Shown here piece after piece: positions 49,167-58,207 of a stretch of 64,000 bases of DNA (position 1 is the stretch's first letter; every line of letters begins with the position of its first letter). The position numbers were made by a program, and so were the translations under genes. This stretch comes from Longimicrobiales bacterium (GTDB lineage: Bacteria; Gemmatimonadota; Gemmatimonadetes; Longimicrobiales; Gaopeijiaceae): assembly GCA_965218295.1 (NCBI GenBank), contig CBDCKN010000015.1, forward strand, positions 256,001 through 320,000. The letters run 5' to 3'. A model generated the notes under the pieces. It was not told the DNA's origin. It searched no databases and was given only the letters and a program-made list of their open reading frames with translations.

Positions 49167-49508
49167 ATGAGCAGCGCTGAAGCCACGGCCACGGCACACG
49201 ATCAGCACGAGGGTGGACACGGCTCCATCGGCTTCTACTGGATGATCGCGGGGATACTGACGGTCATCACGGGAGCCGAGGTGGCCATCTTCTACATAGA
49301 GGCTTTGGCTCCCGTCCTGGTCCCCATTCTCCTGGTGCTGTCCACGGCCAAGTTCGCCATGGTCGTCATGTTCTTTATGCACCTGAAGTCCGACAGCAGG
49401 GTGTTCTCGGTACTCTTCCTCGCGGGACTCTCCTTGGCGGTGTTCGTGGTTGTGATGATGATCGCCCTGTACCAGTTCCTGCCCCGCTTCGACGTGGTGG
49501 GGGGCTAA
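49167..49508 (+). CDS. ctaF: Cytochrome c oxidase subunit IV family protein
   Basis: Three TM helices; KF..V..FFMHLK. Confidence 0.88.
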   Translation: MSSAEATATAHDQHEGGHGSIGFYWMIAGILTVITGAEVAIFYIEALAPVLVPILLVLSTAKFAMVVMFFMHLKSDSRVFSVLFLAGLSLAVFVVVMMIALYQFLPRFDVVGG

Positions 49509-49548
49509 GAGCCGGCCCCCCCCCGGGCTGGAAGAAAATTCATCCCCA

Positions 49549-49577
49549 TTGACGTATCCGAGCACGTCACTTATCCT
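49549..49577 (+). promoter_or_regulatory. Sigma70-type promoter
   Basis: TTGACG (49549-54), 17-bp spacer, TATCCT (49572-77), just upstream of the riboswitch. Confidence 0.7.
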
Positions 49578-49584
49578 CCGAGCC

Positions 49585-49701
49585 ATCATCAAGACCGGCT
49601 GAGGGGCAGGCCCTATGACGCCGGGGCAACCTTCGGGGGAATTACGCAGCCCTCGAAACGGTGCCAAGTCCTGCGGGAACTAAGGTTCACCGAAAGATGA
49701 A
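49585..49701 (+). promoter_or_regulatory. SAM-I (S-box) riboswitch
   Basis: TCATCAAGA..GAGGG..GGCCC.ATGA..GGCAACC..GGTGCCAA.TCC..AAAGATGA; P1 TCATC/GATGA; upstream of met genes. Confidence 0.9.
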
Positions 49702-49805
49702 CTCGCGTCCGAGTCCCCGACCTTCCCTGGTCGTGGATTCCGGTCCGATCGGATCATCCGCAAGCGCTCCTTGTTCCCCACCGTCATGGAACAGGAGTGA
49801 GAGGC

Positions 49806-49922
49806 ATGACCCAGCAGATCGGCGTCTCGGGCCGTCGCTCGTCGACAGCGACCCTCGACGCCTACCGGACCACCGGCCCTTCGCCCACCGTTCACCTGAT
49901 CGGACCCGGGGGGCTGTCATGA
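49806..49922 (+). pseudogene. 38-aa remnant, probably homoserine dehydrogenase N-terminus
   Basis: Good RBS+ATG; ends VHLIGPGGLS* (start of a Rossmann GxG motif); stop overlaps the metX ATG. Confidence 0.5.
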
Positions 49923-50899
49923 GGACCGTGGCCGCGCCGCCGTTCGGAACGGTGGCCCTCCACGGCTCCGCCGCGGGAGACATGGTCGCCTACGGCTCCT
50001 ATGGCCCGGAGGACGCCCCCGCCGTCTTTGTGCTCGGCGGCATCTCGGCCCACCGCTTCGTCTGCGGCAAGCCGGACGGGACCGAGGGCTGGTGGCCGGG
50101 TGTGGTAGGTCCGGGCGTCGCTCTGGATCCGGAGCGGTACCGCATCGTGGGCATCGATTGGCTAGGCGGTGCGGGGGACTCCGGCGGCCCCTCTCCCATC
50201 GAGTCCGGCCTCCCTGTCGTGACCACGGAGGATCAGGCCCACGCCGTGGCCGCCGTGCTCGACCACCTCGAGATCGAGAAGCTCCACGGCTTCGTGGGTG
50301 CCTCGTACGGAGGAATGGTGGGGTTGGCCCTGGGCGTGCTCTACCCGGAGCGCGTCGAACGACTCCTGGTGCTCTGTACGGCCCACCGCTCGCATCCCAT
50401 GGCCGTGGGCCTCCGAGTGCTCCAGCGCCGTATCGTCGCGCTCTCCGCGGCCGCGGGCCGGGAAACGGAGGGACTGGCTCTGGCCAGGGCCCTGGCCATG
50501 ACGACCTATCGGACTCCGGAGGAGTTCGAGCAGCGCTTCGTGTCCTCACCCAGCTGGGACGATGGCCTCCCGCGCTTCGCCGTGGAGGAGTACCTCGACG
50601 TTCAGGGCGAGAGATTCAGCCGTCGCTTCGACGCGAACACCTTCGGGATCCTGTCCCAGTCACTCGACCTTCATCGGGTGGAGCCTGAGGACATCACCGT
50701 TCCCACGACCGTCGTTTCGGTGGACTCCGACACACTCGTACCGCCCTGGCTGGTGGCCGAGCTGGTGCGAAGACTGCCGAGCTCGAGCCGGGCAATCAGG
50801 ATCGCATCCCACTTCGGGCACGACGCATTCCTCAAGGAGCACCAGGTGGTGAGCCGTCTTGCCCATAACTTCCTCGACGTGGAGGCCCATCATGCCTGA
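49919..50899 (+). CDS. metX: Homoserine O-acyltransferase (MetX family)
   Basis: GGISAHR, GWW, GASYGGM, GHDAFL; under the SAM riboswitch. Confidence 0.9.
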   Translation: MRTVAAPPFGTVALHGSAAGDMVAYGSYGPEDAPAVFVLGGISAHRFVCGKPDGTEGWWPGVVGPGVALDPERYRIVGIDWLGGAGDSGGPSPIESGLPVVTTEDQAHAVAAVLDHLEIEKLHGFVGASYGGMVGLALGVLYPERVERLLVLCTAHRSHPMAVGLRVLQRRIVALSAAAGRETEGLALARALAMTTYRTPEEFEQRFVSSPSWDDGLPRFAVEEYLDVQGERFSRRFDANTFGILSQSLDLHRVEPEDITVPTTVVSVDSDTLVPPWLVAELVRRLPSSSRAIRIASHFGHDAFLKEHQVVSRLAHNFLDVEAHHA

Positions 50900-52109
50900 G
50901 CGCCGAACCGAGACCCGCGCCGTTCGGGCGGGAGTGGCCGTGGACCGGGAACACGGAGCCGTGATCCCGCCCATCCATCTCTCGTCCACCTTCTCCTTCG
51001 TGGGACTGGGAGAGCAGCGCCAGTACGACTACACTCGCTCGGGGAATCCCACGAGGGACATTCTGGGAGAGGCGCTGGCGGATCTCGAGGGCGGTCACGA
51101 GACCGTTGTGACCGCCTCGGGCATGGCGGCGGTGACGACGGTCCTGCAGCTGTTGGGACCGGACGACCTCATCCTGGCGCCCCACGACTGTTACGGAGGG
51201 ACCCACCGGCTCCTTACGAGCTTTGCCCGGAAGGGCCAGTTCCGGTTGGAGCTTATCGATCAGACCGACCCTAACCGGCTGGACGAGGCCTTTGCGGACG
51301 AACCGAGCATGATCTGGGTGGAGACGCCGAGCAATCCTTTGCTTCGAGTGGTCGACATCGCGGACATCGTCCAGAGGGCCCGTACCGTGGACGCCGTGGT
51401 CGTGGTCGACAACACCTTCCTCTCGCCGGTGCTCCAGCGGCCCATCGAGCTGGGGGCCGACCTCGTCGTCCACTCGACGACCAAGTACCTGAACGGGCAC
51501 TCGGATGTCGTTGGCGGCGCCGTGATCGCCCGGACGGCGGACCTGGCCGAGGAGGTGGCGTGGTGGGCCAACGCCCTGGGCGTGACCGGTTCGCCCTTCG
51601 ACTCGTTCCTCACCATGAGGGGAATCAGGACCCTGCACGCCCGCATGCAGCTGCACGAGACCAACGCCCGTGCCATCGTGGGCGCCTTGAAGGAGCATCC
51701 GGCCGTGAGACGCGTCTATCACCCCAGCCTCGAGGACCATCCGGGGCACGAGATCGCGGCATCCCAGCAATCAGGCTTCGGAGGGATGGTCAGCTTCGAG
51801 CTAGAGGGCGGAAGGGAGCAGGTGAAGGCCTTCCTGGACGGCCTCGAGCTGTTCACCCTGGCGGAGTCGCTGGGTGGCGTCGAGAGCCTGGTCTGTCATC
51901 CGGCGACCATGACCCATTCCGCCATGGACGAGGAGGCGAGGGCCGTCGCCGGCATCGAGGACAGCCTGATGCGACTTTCCGTGGGGATCGAGGCCGCGGA
52001 AGACCTCGTGGCCGATCTGACCGCCGCTCTCGACCGGGTGACGGTCTCCGAGCCCCTGGCGCTCGCGGCCGGAGCGTCTGCGGCGGTAGCAGCTCTTCGC
52101 ACCTCGTAG
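50892..52109 (+). CDS. metB: Cystathionine gamma-synthase
   Basis: YDYTRSGNPTR, SGMAA, ETPSNP, DNTF, HSTTKYLNGHSD. Confidence 0.9.
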   Translation: MPERRTETRAVRAGVAVDREHGAVIPPIHLSSTFSFVGLGEQRQYDYTRSGNPTRDILGEALADLEGGHETVVTASGMAAVTTVLQLLGPDDLILAPHDCYGGTHRLLTSFARKGQFRLELIDQTDPNRLDEAFADEPSMIWVETPSNPLLRVVDIADIVQRARTVDAVVVVDNTFLSPVLQRPIELGADLVVHSTTKYLNGHSDVVGGAVIARTADLAEEVAWWANALGVTGSPFDSFLTMRGIRTLHARMQLHETNARAIVGALKEHPAVRRVYHPSLEDHPGHEIAASQQSGFGGMVSFELEGGREQVKAFLDGLELFTLAESLGGVESLVCHPATMTHSAMDEEARAVAGIEDSLMRLSVGIEAAEDLVADLTAALDRVTVSEPLALAAGASAAVAALRTS

Positions 52110-52182
52110 AGAGGGATCCCGGTGACCCGCATCGGGTAGGCAGGCGCGATGCCAGGCTGATGCCCACCCAAGCAGATCGTGC

Positions 52183-53073
52183 GTGACACTCTCCACTCTA
52201 CCGAGCCTCGTCCTCCTAGGCGAAGGATGGGGCGACTTCGTCATCTTCGGATTCGAGGTCCACGTCAGCATTCTCGTGGGCTGTATCTGCCTCACGGCCA
52301 TCTACCTCATGGCCGTGGGGCCGGCTCGGAGGCGCTTCGGATGGTCTGATACGGGCGCGAGCCCGTGGAGGATGGCGGCGTACCTGGGTGGGGTGGGGAT
52401 CATCTTCTTTTCACTAAACGGTCCCCTCCACGCGCTCAGCGACGAGTACCTGTTCGCGGCCCACATGGTGCAGCACATGCTGCTCATGCTCATCATGCCG
52501 CCGCTGTTGATCCTGGGGGTTCCGCCCTGGCTGATCAGCAAAGCCCTGGAGCGGCCGGCCATCCTGAAGGCGGGCCGCATGCTGACCCATCCCGCGGTGG
52601 CGTTCGCCGCATACAACGTAGTCTTCATCGGGTGGCACCTACCTCCCATCTACAACGCCGCCCTGGCCAACCACGACGTCCACATCCTACAGCACCTCAT
52701 GTTCATCTCCGTGGCCACCATGATGTGGTGGGCCGTGGTCAACCCGGTGCCGGAGCTGGAGAGGATCCCCACGGGGCCACTGCTGATGATGTACGTCTTC
52801 GCGTTCGGTATTCCGTCCACTGCGGTCTCGGCGTTCATCACGCTCTCGGACAAGATGCTCTATCCCTTGTACGAGCTGGCTCCGCGGGTGACGGCTCTCA
52901 CTCCGTTGGAGGATCAGCGTCTCGGCGGTCTGATCATGTGGATTCCCGGAATGCTCATTTTCTGGGTCGCCATCTCCATCGTCTTCTTCCGCTGGACGAA
53001 AGACGAGTACCGGGGCTGGAAGGCGGAGGCCGAGGAGCTGGCGGGAGCTCCGGCATCCGAGTGGAGGCCGTGA
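52183..53073 (+). CDS. ctaG: caa3-type oxidase assembly factor
   Basis: LFAAHMVQH, WHLP, HILQH, DQRLGGLIMWIPG. Confidence 0.88.
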   Translation: MTLSTLPSLVLLGEGWGDFVIFGFEVHVSILVGCICLTAIYLMAVGPARRRFGWSDTGASPWRMAAYLGGVGIIFFSLNGPLHALSDEYLFAAHMVQHMLLMLIMPPLLILGVPPWLISKALERPAILKAGRMLTHPAVAFAAYNVVFIGWHLPPIYNAALANHDVHILQHLMFISVATMMWWAVVNPVPELERIPTGPLLMMYVFAFGIPSTAVSAFITLSDKMLYPLYELAPRVTALTPLEDQRLGGLIMWIPGMLIFWVAISIVFFRWTKDEYRGWKAEAEELAGAPASEWRP

Positions 53074-53161
53074 GCGGCGCCTCGGCACTCTCGGTGGCTC
53101 GCGAACTTCTGGGACACCACACTAGATTGGTGCGTCACCGTTTCACCGCACGGAGAAGCAC

Positions 53162-53362
53162 GTGTCCCTCGTTGCCTTCCATCGAGTTCTCATCGCGGCC
53201 GCCATCCTCTTCTGCACGGGCTACGGCGGCTACGAGCTCGTAGGGTTCTCGAAGGATGGGGGCACCCCTGGCCTCGTCATGGGGGGCATCTTCCTGATCC
53301 TGGCCGCCGGCCTCTCCTACTACCTCTGGCGCCTCAACCGCTTCCTCGGCTACGAGGAATAG
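53162..53362 (+). CDS. Small two-TM hypothetical protein
   Basis: GGAG RBS; MSLVAFHRVLI..YL.R; two hydrophobic helices. Confidence 0.65.
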   Translation: MSLVAFHRVLIAAAILFCTGYGGYELVGFSKDGGTPGLVMGGIFLILAAGLSYYLWRLNRFLGYEE

Positions 53363-53526
53363 GCGGCGGAGCCCGGGTTCTCCCGCGTCGGCCCCGGGGC
53401 ATCCTGAGCCGAGATGGGACTGTACGTGAGGAGGGCTACGAGCGCGGCGGCAATCAACATCGACATCGGCTTGGTCATGATATCCGGGGGGGTCCTTCAT
53501 CACGGCCGATCTCGGACCGACGTGGC

Positions 53527-54489
53527 TCAGTCCGTCTTGTCCAAGGGGTTCTCGGCCAAGACCCTCTGCAGCTCCGGGTGCTTGACCCACAGGTAATACC
53601 CCATGGCAACCGAGGCCAACACGTTGCCCACGGCGATGGCCCACCACGCCAGGGGACCGAGGAGGAACTCGGCGGCCAGCGCCATGAGGCCCATGAAGAA
53701 CGCCTCGAAGGCCACGAAGAGCATTACCCCCGCCAGGATGAGGGGAGGCGTATCCTCGGCGTAACACGCGATGGCTGCGGCGACGAAACCGGTAGCGATG
53801 AACGCACCGATGTGGACGATGGTGTATCCCATCACGGTCGCGCTCGACACGCTGACGGCGTCCAGATCGGTGGAGCCCAGGAAGAGCGCGGACCCCAGAG
53901 CTCCTGGCGTGAAGAAGGGTTGCCCACGCCCCATATCAATGATGAGGAACCAGAGGGCCACCACACCGGCACCGATGAGCCCCGACACCAGTCCCTCTTT
54001 GAACATCCGGTGCTCGTCCAAGAGGGCCCACCACGATACCGGTGGCGTGGCGCCCGTGAGGTGGAGGAACCCCATCAAGGTCACGCCCGCGATGAGATTG
54101 CCGGCCACAACCGCGGGCCAGCCGAGCTCTGCGACGACGTCTACGCCTGTGACCGAGACGCTCGTGTAGAAGACGATGTCGAAGAGGGCGAATCCGAGTA
54201 CGAGCCCCAGGAAGACATTGGGTGCCGTATACATCTTCGACAGCGTCCACGACATAAGGAGGCCGACCGCGATGAATGCGGCGTAGTGGATGAGCGTGTA
54301 AAAGAAGACGGGGCCCAGGCTTCGGCTGATGTCCCCGGTGCCGAGAATGGCTCCGGCCAGGAACGCTGGAGTTCGGAACGGCTCGCCCTCGGAGCCGTCG
54401 ATGATCAGGAACCAGAAGGCCATAGCCGTGGCGCCGAGGAATCCGGCCGCGACACCCCGAGGAACCACCCCGCGGAAACGCTCCCTCAT
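53527..54489 (-). CDS. Internally duplicated polytopic membrane protein
   Basis: Two ~155-aa repeats G..GA...A.WFLIID...G.PF.TP..L...YT..H..AF. Confidence 0.85.
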   Translation of the reverse strand: MRERFRGVVPRGVAAGFLGATAMAFWFLIIDGSEGEPFRTPAFLAGAILGTGDISRSLGPVFFYTLIHYAAFIAVGLLMSWTLSKMYTAPNVFLGLVLGFALFDIVFYTSVSVTGVDVVAELGWPAVVAGNLIAGVTLMGFLHLTGATPPVSWWALLDEHRMFKEGLVSGLIGAGVVALWFLIIDMGRGQPFFTPGALGSALFLGSTDLDAVSVSSATVMGYTIVHIGAFIATGFVAAAIACYAEDTPPLILAGVMLFVAFEAFFMGLMALAAEFLLGPLAWWAIAVGNVLASVAMGYYLWVKHPELQRVLAENPLDKTD

Positions 54490-54647
54490 GGTGCCCCCCC
54501 TTGTTCGTGCGCCCCCTCACCGTGCAGGCGCTCCTTCTTGAACTGCTTGAAGAGGAAGATGCCGAACGCTATGCCCAAGGAGACCGGTACGGCGGCCATT
54601 ATGACGCCACCGAGGAACAACCCCAATCGCAGACCCTCGTTGTCCAC
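54486..54647 (-). CDS. 53-aa single-TM protein
   Basis: Read by hand: GGAG RBS, GTG, MDNEGLRLGLFLGGVIMAAVPVSLGIAFGIFLFKQFKKERLHGEGAHEQGGAP; stop overlaps the next ATG. Confidence 0.7.
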   Translation of the reverse strand: MDNEGLRLGLFLGGVIMAAVPVSLGIAFGIFLFKQFKKERLHGEGAHEQGGAP

Positions 54648-54711
54648 GCTACCGCTCCATCTCGCGTAATCGCTGCTCGGCGATCATTACGGGCTTGCTC
54701 GGCAATCCACT

Positions 54712-54978
54712 CTAGAATTCTGTGATGACGGCCAGCACCAGAATCACAGCCAGTGGAAGCGGCGAGGCCGCCAACACCCAGAGCCGCCGGGGCTCGTAGC
54801 GGAGATGCATGAAGTACATCGCCACCAGCAGTGCCTTCCACAGCGCCATGATGATCAATCCCGTTGCGAGCCAGACCTTCGGGAGATCCATGAACGCGTA
54901 TCCGACCTCGGCCATCGTCAGCACGAGGAGGACGACCCAGATCAGGATATAACGGGGTTGCGGATGCTCTTCCATCAT
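54712..54978 (-). CDS. Cytochrome c oxidase subunit IV family protein
   Basis: Y..IW..L..LT..EV, KA.LVAMYFMHLRYE. Confidence 0.88.
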   Translation of the reverse strand: MMEEHPQPRYILIWVVLLVLTMAEVGYAFMDLPKVWLATGLIIMALWKALLVAMYFMHLRYEPRRLWVLAASPLPLAVILVLAVITEF

Positions 54979-55030
54979 TCCTCCTCGCTCATATCAGGTA
55001 CGCGCTCATATCAGGGACACGCTCATATCA
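54975..55030 (-). repeat. 17-bp tandem repeat forming three ATGA-chained minigenes
   Basis: CGCTCATATCA at 54986, 55003 and 55020; minus strand encodes MSVSLI*, MSAYLI*, MSEEE*. Confidence 0.85.
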
Positions 55031-55679
55031 AGTAGACGACGGTGAAGAGAAGAATCCACACCAGATCCACGAAGTGCCAGTACAGGCCGATGACTTCGAC
55101 GCCCTGGTGATTCTCCTTGGTATAGCCTCCACGGAGTGCCTTTCCGAATACGAACCAGAGGGCCAGCACTCCCAGGGTCACGTGTGCTCCATGGAAGCCG
55201 GTCATGGCGTAGAAGGTCGCCCCGTAGAGGGGTCCACCGAGGGCCGGACCCTCGTGTGGATTCCCCCGGCCCAGCGCGTGATACGCGTCGAGCATGGGGA
55301 CGAATCCTTCTGCGGACAACACGTTGTACTCCACCGCCTGAATGCCCACGAAGAGCGTTCCGATGAGGATCGTGGCCAGGAGCCAGAGCTTCAACCCCTT
55401 CTGATCTCCATGCTGGATGGCCGCGAAGGCCTTCACCATCGTCACCGACGAGCAGATCAGAAAGAAGGTGTTCAGGGCCGTGAGGGGGACGTTCAGGATC
55501 ACGCCCGGATCCGTCCAATGGTCCGGGTGCGCGAAGCGCAGGATGACGTATGAGCCGATCAGCGAAGTGAAGAACATCACCTCGCTGAGCAGGAACACCC
55601 ACATGCCCAGCTTGTTGTTGTAGACCATCATCCCGGGCATGGGCCTACGGTCCATCGTCGCAGTTGCAGCCTGGCTCAC
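55023..55679 (-). CDS. ctaE: Cytochrome c oxidase subunit III
   Basis: KLGMWVFLLSEVMFF, TGFHGAHV, LYWHFVDLVW. Confidence 0.93.
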   Translation of the reverse strand: MSQAATATMDRRPMPGMMVYNNKLGMWVFLLSEVMFFTSLIGSYVILRFAHPDHWTDPGVILNVPLTALNTFFLICSSVTMVKAFAAIQHGDQKGLKLWLLATILIGTLFVGIQAVEYNVLSAEGFVPMLDAYHALGRGNPHEGPALGGPLYGATFYAMTGFHGAHVTLGVLALWFVFGKALRGGYTKENHQGVEVIGLYWHFVDLVWILLFTVVYLI

Positions 55680-55682
55680 AGG

Positions 55683-57479
55683 TCAGTCTCCGGGAACGGG
55701 TTCAGGGGTGGGCGCTTGAACGCTCTGTCCTCCAACGTCGCTCGTGGGTGGCGGCACGTGTTGCGGATAGAAGTCCTCCTCCCTGTCGGGGTGGCTGTAC
55801 TCATACGGCCCGCGGTACACGATGGGGATCTCCGGGAAGTTTCCGTGGGGCGGAGGAGACGGAACGGACCACTCGAGCGTATTACACTCCCAGGGGTTGT
55901 TGCCGGCCTTCTTACCCTTGAACAGGCTCCACAGGAAGTTGAGGGCGAAGATGGCCTGCGCGCCGGCGAATATGAACATGTTGATGGTTATGAACGTGTT
56001 CATCGGCTGAAGAGCCTGCAGGAACTCGTACTGGTTGGGGTCGTAGATTCGGCGCATCATCCCCTGGACGCCCAGGTTGTGCATGGGGAAGAAGGTCAGG
56101 TTGTAGAAGATGAACGACAGGACCCAGTGCACTTTGCCCAGGCCTTCGTGCATCATCCGCCCGAACAGCTTCGGGAACCAGAACGTGATGCCGGCGAAGA
56201 TCCCGAACAGGGTGCCGCCCACGAGGACGTAGTGGAGATGCGCCACGATGAAGTACGTGTCGTGGATGTAGATGTCCACCGGCGCCGCCGCCATGAAGAT
56301 TCCCGACAGGCCGCCGATGATGAAGAGCGACACGAAGGAGACGGCGTGGAGAAGCGGCGTGTCGAAGTGGATGTTCCCGCGCCACAACGTCCCCATCCAA
56401 TTGAACACCTTGATGGCCGACGGCACGGCGATGACCACCGTGGTGACCACGAACGTCATGCCCAGGAGCGGGTTCATGCCGCTCTGGAACATGTGGTGTC
56501 CCCAGACGATCCACCCCAGGAACGCGATGGAGACGAGGGCCAGGACCATGGAGTGGTACCCGAAGATCGGCTTCCGTGACCTGCAGGAGATCACATCCGA
56601 GACCAACCCCATGGCCGGAAGGATCAGGATGTACACCTCCGGGTGGCCGAAGAACCAGAAGATGTGCTGCCACAATAGCGGCTCGCCGCTCCCCTCGGGT
56701 CGGAAGAAGGCGGTCCCGATGGTCTGGTCGAACAGCAGCAGGATGAGTCCACCCGTCAGGATCGGCACGGCCAGGAGGAGCAGCCAAGCCGTGATGAAGA
56801 TTGCCCAGGTGGCAAGGGGAATCCGGAACCAGGTCATCCCCGGCGCCCGCATGTTGATCACCGTGGAGACGTAGTTGATGGCGCCGGTGATGGACGAGAA
56901 GCCCACGATGATGAGGCTGACCAGCCAGAGCTGCTGTCCCAGGTAGACGCCGGTCCACTCGCCCGACGCGCTCAGGGGCGCGTAGGATGTCCAACCGGCC
57001 CCGGCCGCTCCCCCCTCCACGAAGAAGCTGGCCAGCATGACCACACCGGCGACCGGAACGATCCAGAAGGACGCCATGTTGAGGCGAGGGAACGCCATGT
57101 CGTCGGCGCCGATCTGGAGGGGGATCAGCAGATTACCGAAGACACCCGCCAGCATGGGCATGAGCGCGAAGAACACCATGAAGGTGGCGTGCATCGTCAC
57201 CAGCGAGTTGTAGAACTCCGGGAGGATGATCCCGCCTGGAGCCATCGTGTCCGGCAAGAAGCGGCCGAGGGGCATCGGTTGACCGGGGAACCCGAGCTGC
57301 CAGCGGACCATCCCGGCCAGGATGCCCCCCACCAGCAGGAAGAACAGGGCGGCGAAGAGGAACTGCCGGGCGATCATCTTGTGATCGGTGGAGAACACGT
57401 ACGTCCTGATGAAGCCCAGGTCGTGGTGCCCCTCAGCGTGGCCGGTGTGCGTCTCGGCTACGGCGGTGGTGGTCATCAT
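55683..57479 (-). CDS. ctaD: Cytochrome c oxidase subunit I, A1 type
   Basis: STDHK, TMHA, FGHPEVY, WGHH, HDTYFIVAHLHY, MRR. Confidence 0.95.
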   Translation of the reverse strand: MMTTTAVAETHTGHAEGHHDLGFIRTYVFSTDHKMIARQFLFAALFFLLVGGILAGMVRWQLGFPGQPMPLGRFLPDTMAPGGIILPEFYNSLVTMHATFMVFFALMPMLAGVFGNLLIPLQIGADDMAFPRLNMASFWIVPVAGVVMLASFFVEGGAAGAGWTSYAPLSASGEWTGVYLGQQLWLVSLIIVGFSSITGAINYVSTVINMRAPGMTWFRIPLATWAIFITAWLLLLAVPILTGGLILLLFDQTIGTAFFRPEGSGEPLLWQHIFWFFGHPEVYILILPAMGLVSDVISCRSRKPIFGYHSMVLALVSIAFLGWIVWGHHMFQSGMNPLLGMTFVVTTVVIAVPSAIKVFNWMGTLWRGNIHFDTPLLHAVSFVSLFIIGGLSGIFMAAAPVDIYIHDTYFIVAHLHYVLVGGTLFGIFAGITFWFPKLFGRMMHEGLGKVHWVLSFIFYNLTFFPMHNLGVQGMMRRIYDPNQYEFLQALQPMNTFITINMFIFAGAQAIFALNFLWSLFKGKKAGNNPWECNTLEWSVPSPPPHGNFPEIPIVYRGPYEYSHPDREEDFYPQHVPPPTSDVGGQSVQAPTPEPVPGD

Positions 57480-58159
57480 CAGTCGTCCTCCCCCTCGGCT
57501 TGCTGGCCGGCAAGCCAGGCTTGGAAGTCGGCCTGCGAATGGACCGTGACCGTCCCCTTCATGCGATAGTGTCCGAGTCCACACAGCTCTGCGCAAGCGA
57601 GGGGGAACTCACCCGTGCGGGTCGCCTCGAACCAGACCGGTGTCATGTGGCCGGGGACCGCGTCCTGCTTTACGCGGAACTGGGGAAGGAAGAAGGAGTG
57701 GATCACGTCCTCGGCGCGGAGGTTGACCCGCACTGGCCGATCCACCGGGATGTGCAGTGCGTTGCGAGATACGAAGTCGTCCGAAGTGCCGAGCTGGCCG
57801 TCCGCACCAGCGTAGGTGGCGTTCCACTCGAACTGCTTCGCCGTGATGTCGATCTGGTCCGCGTCGGGCGGAATGCGCGCCGGATCCCGAATCTCGTCCC
57901 AGATCCCCTTGGAGTAGATGGCCAGCCCCATGACGATGATGAACGGTATGACGGTCCAAACGACCTCCGCCTTGTTGCTCCCGTGGATGTACTCCGCCTT
58001 GCGACCTTCCCTGTGGCGGTACTTCACGAGGAAGACAACCAGCGTGATCTCCGTGATGAAGAACACGATTCCCGTAATCCACAGGATCACGTAGTAGAGG
58101 TTGTCCAAGGCCGGCCCGAAGGTGGAAACGGTCTCCGGCATGAGCCAGGAAAAGTTCAT
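57479..58159 (-). CDS. ctaC: Cytochrome c oxidase subunit II (no fused heme c)
   Basis: DVIHSF, KQDAVPG, CAELCGLGHYRM CuA site. Confidence 0.94.
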   Translation of the reverse strand: MNFSWLMPETVSTFGPALDNLYYVILWITGIVFFITEITLVVFLVKYRHREGRKAEYIHGSNKAEVVWTVIPFIIVMGLAIYSKGIWDEIRDPARIPPDADQIDITAKQFEWNATYAGADGQLGTSDDFVSRNALHIPVDRPVRVNLRAEDVIHSFFLPQFRVKQDAVPGHMTPVWFEATRTGEFPLACAELCGLGHYRMKGTVTVHSQADFQAWLAGQQAEGEDD

Positions 58160-58207
58160 CCCACTGGTCTCCCGAGCTTGAGGTTGACTCTCACAGTCAC
58201 GACGGGT

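Noticed and set aside
54986..55030. 17-bp repeat as a mini CRISPR array
   Set aside because: The units are contiguous, far too short, have no real spacers and no cas genes; it is a duplication of the cox III end
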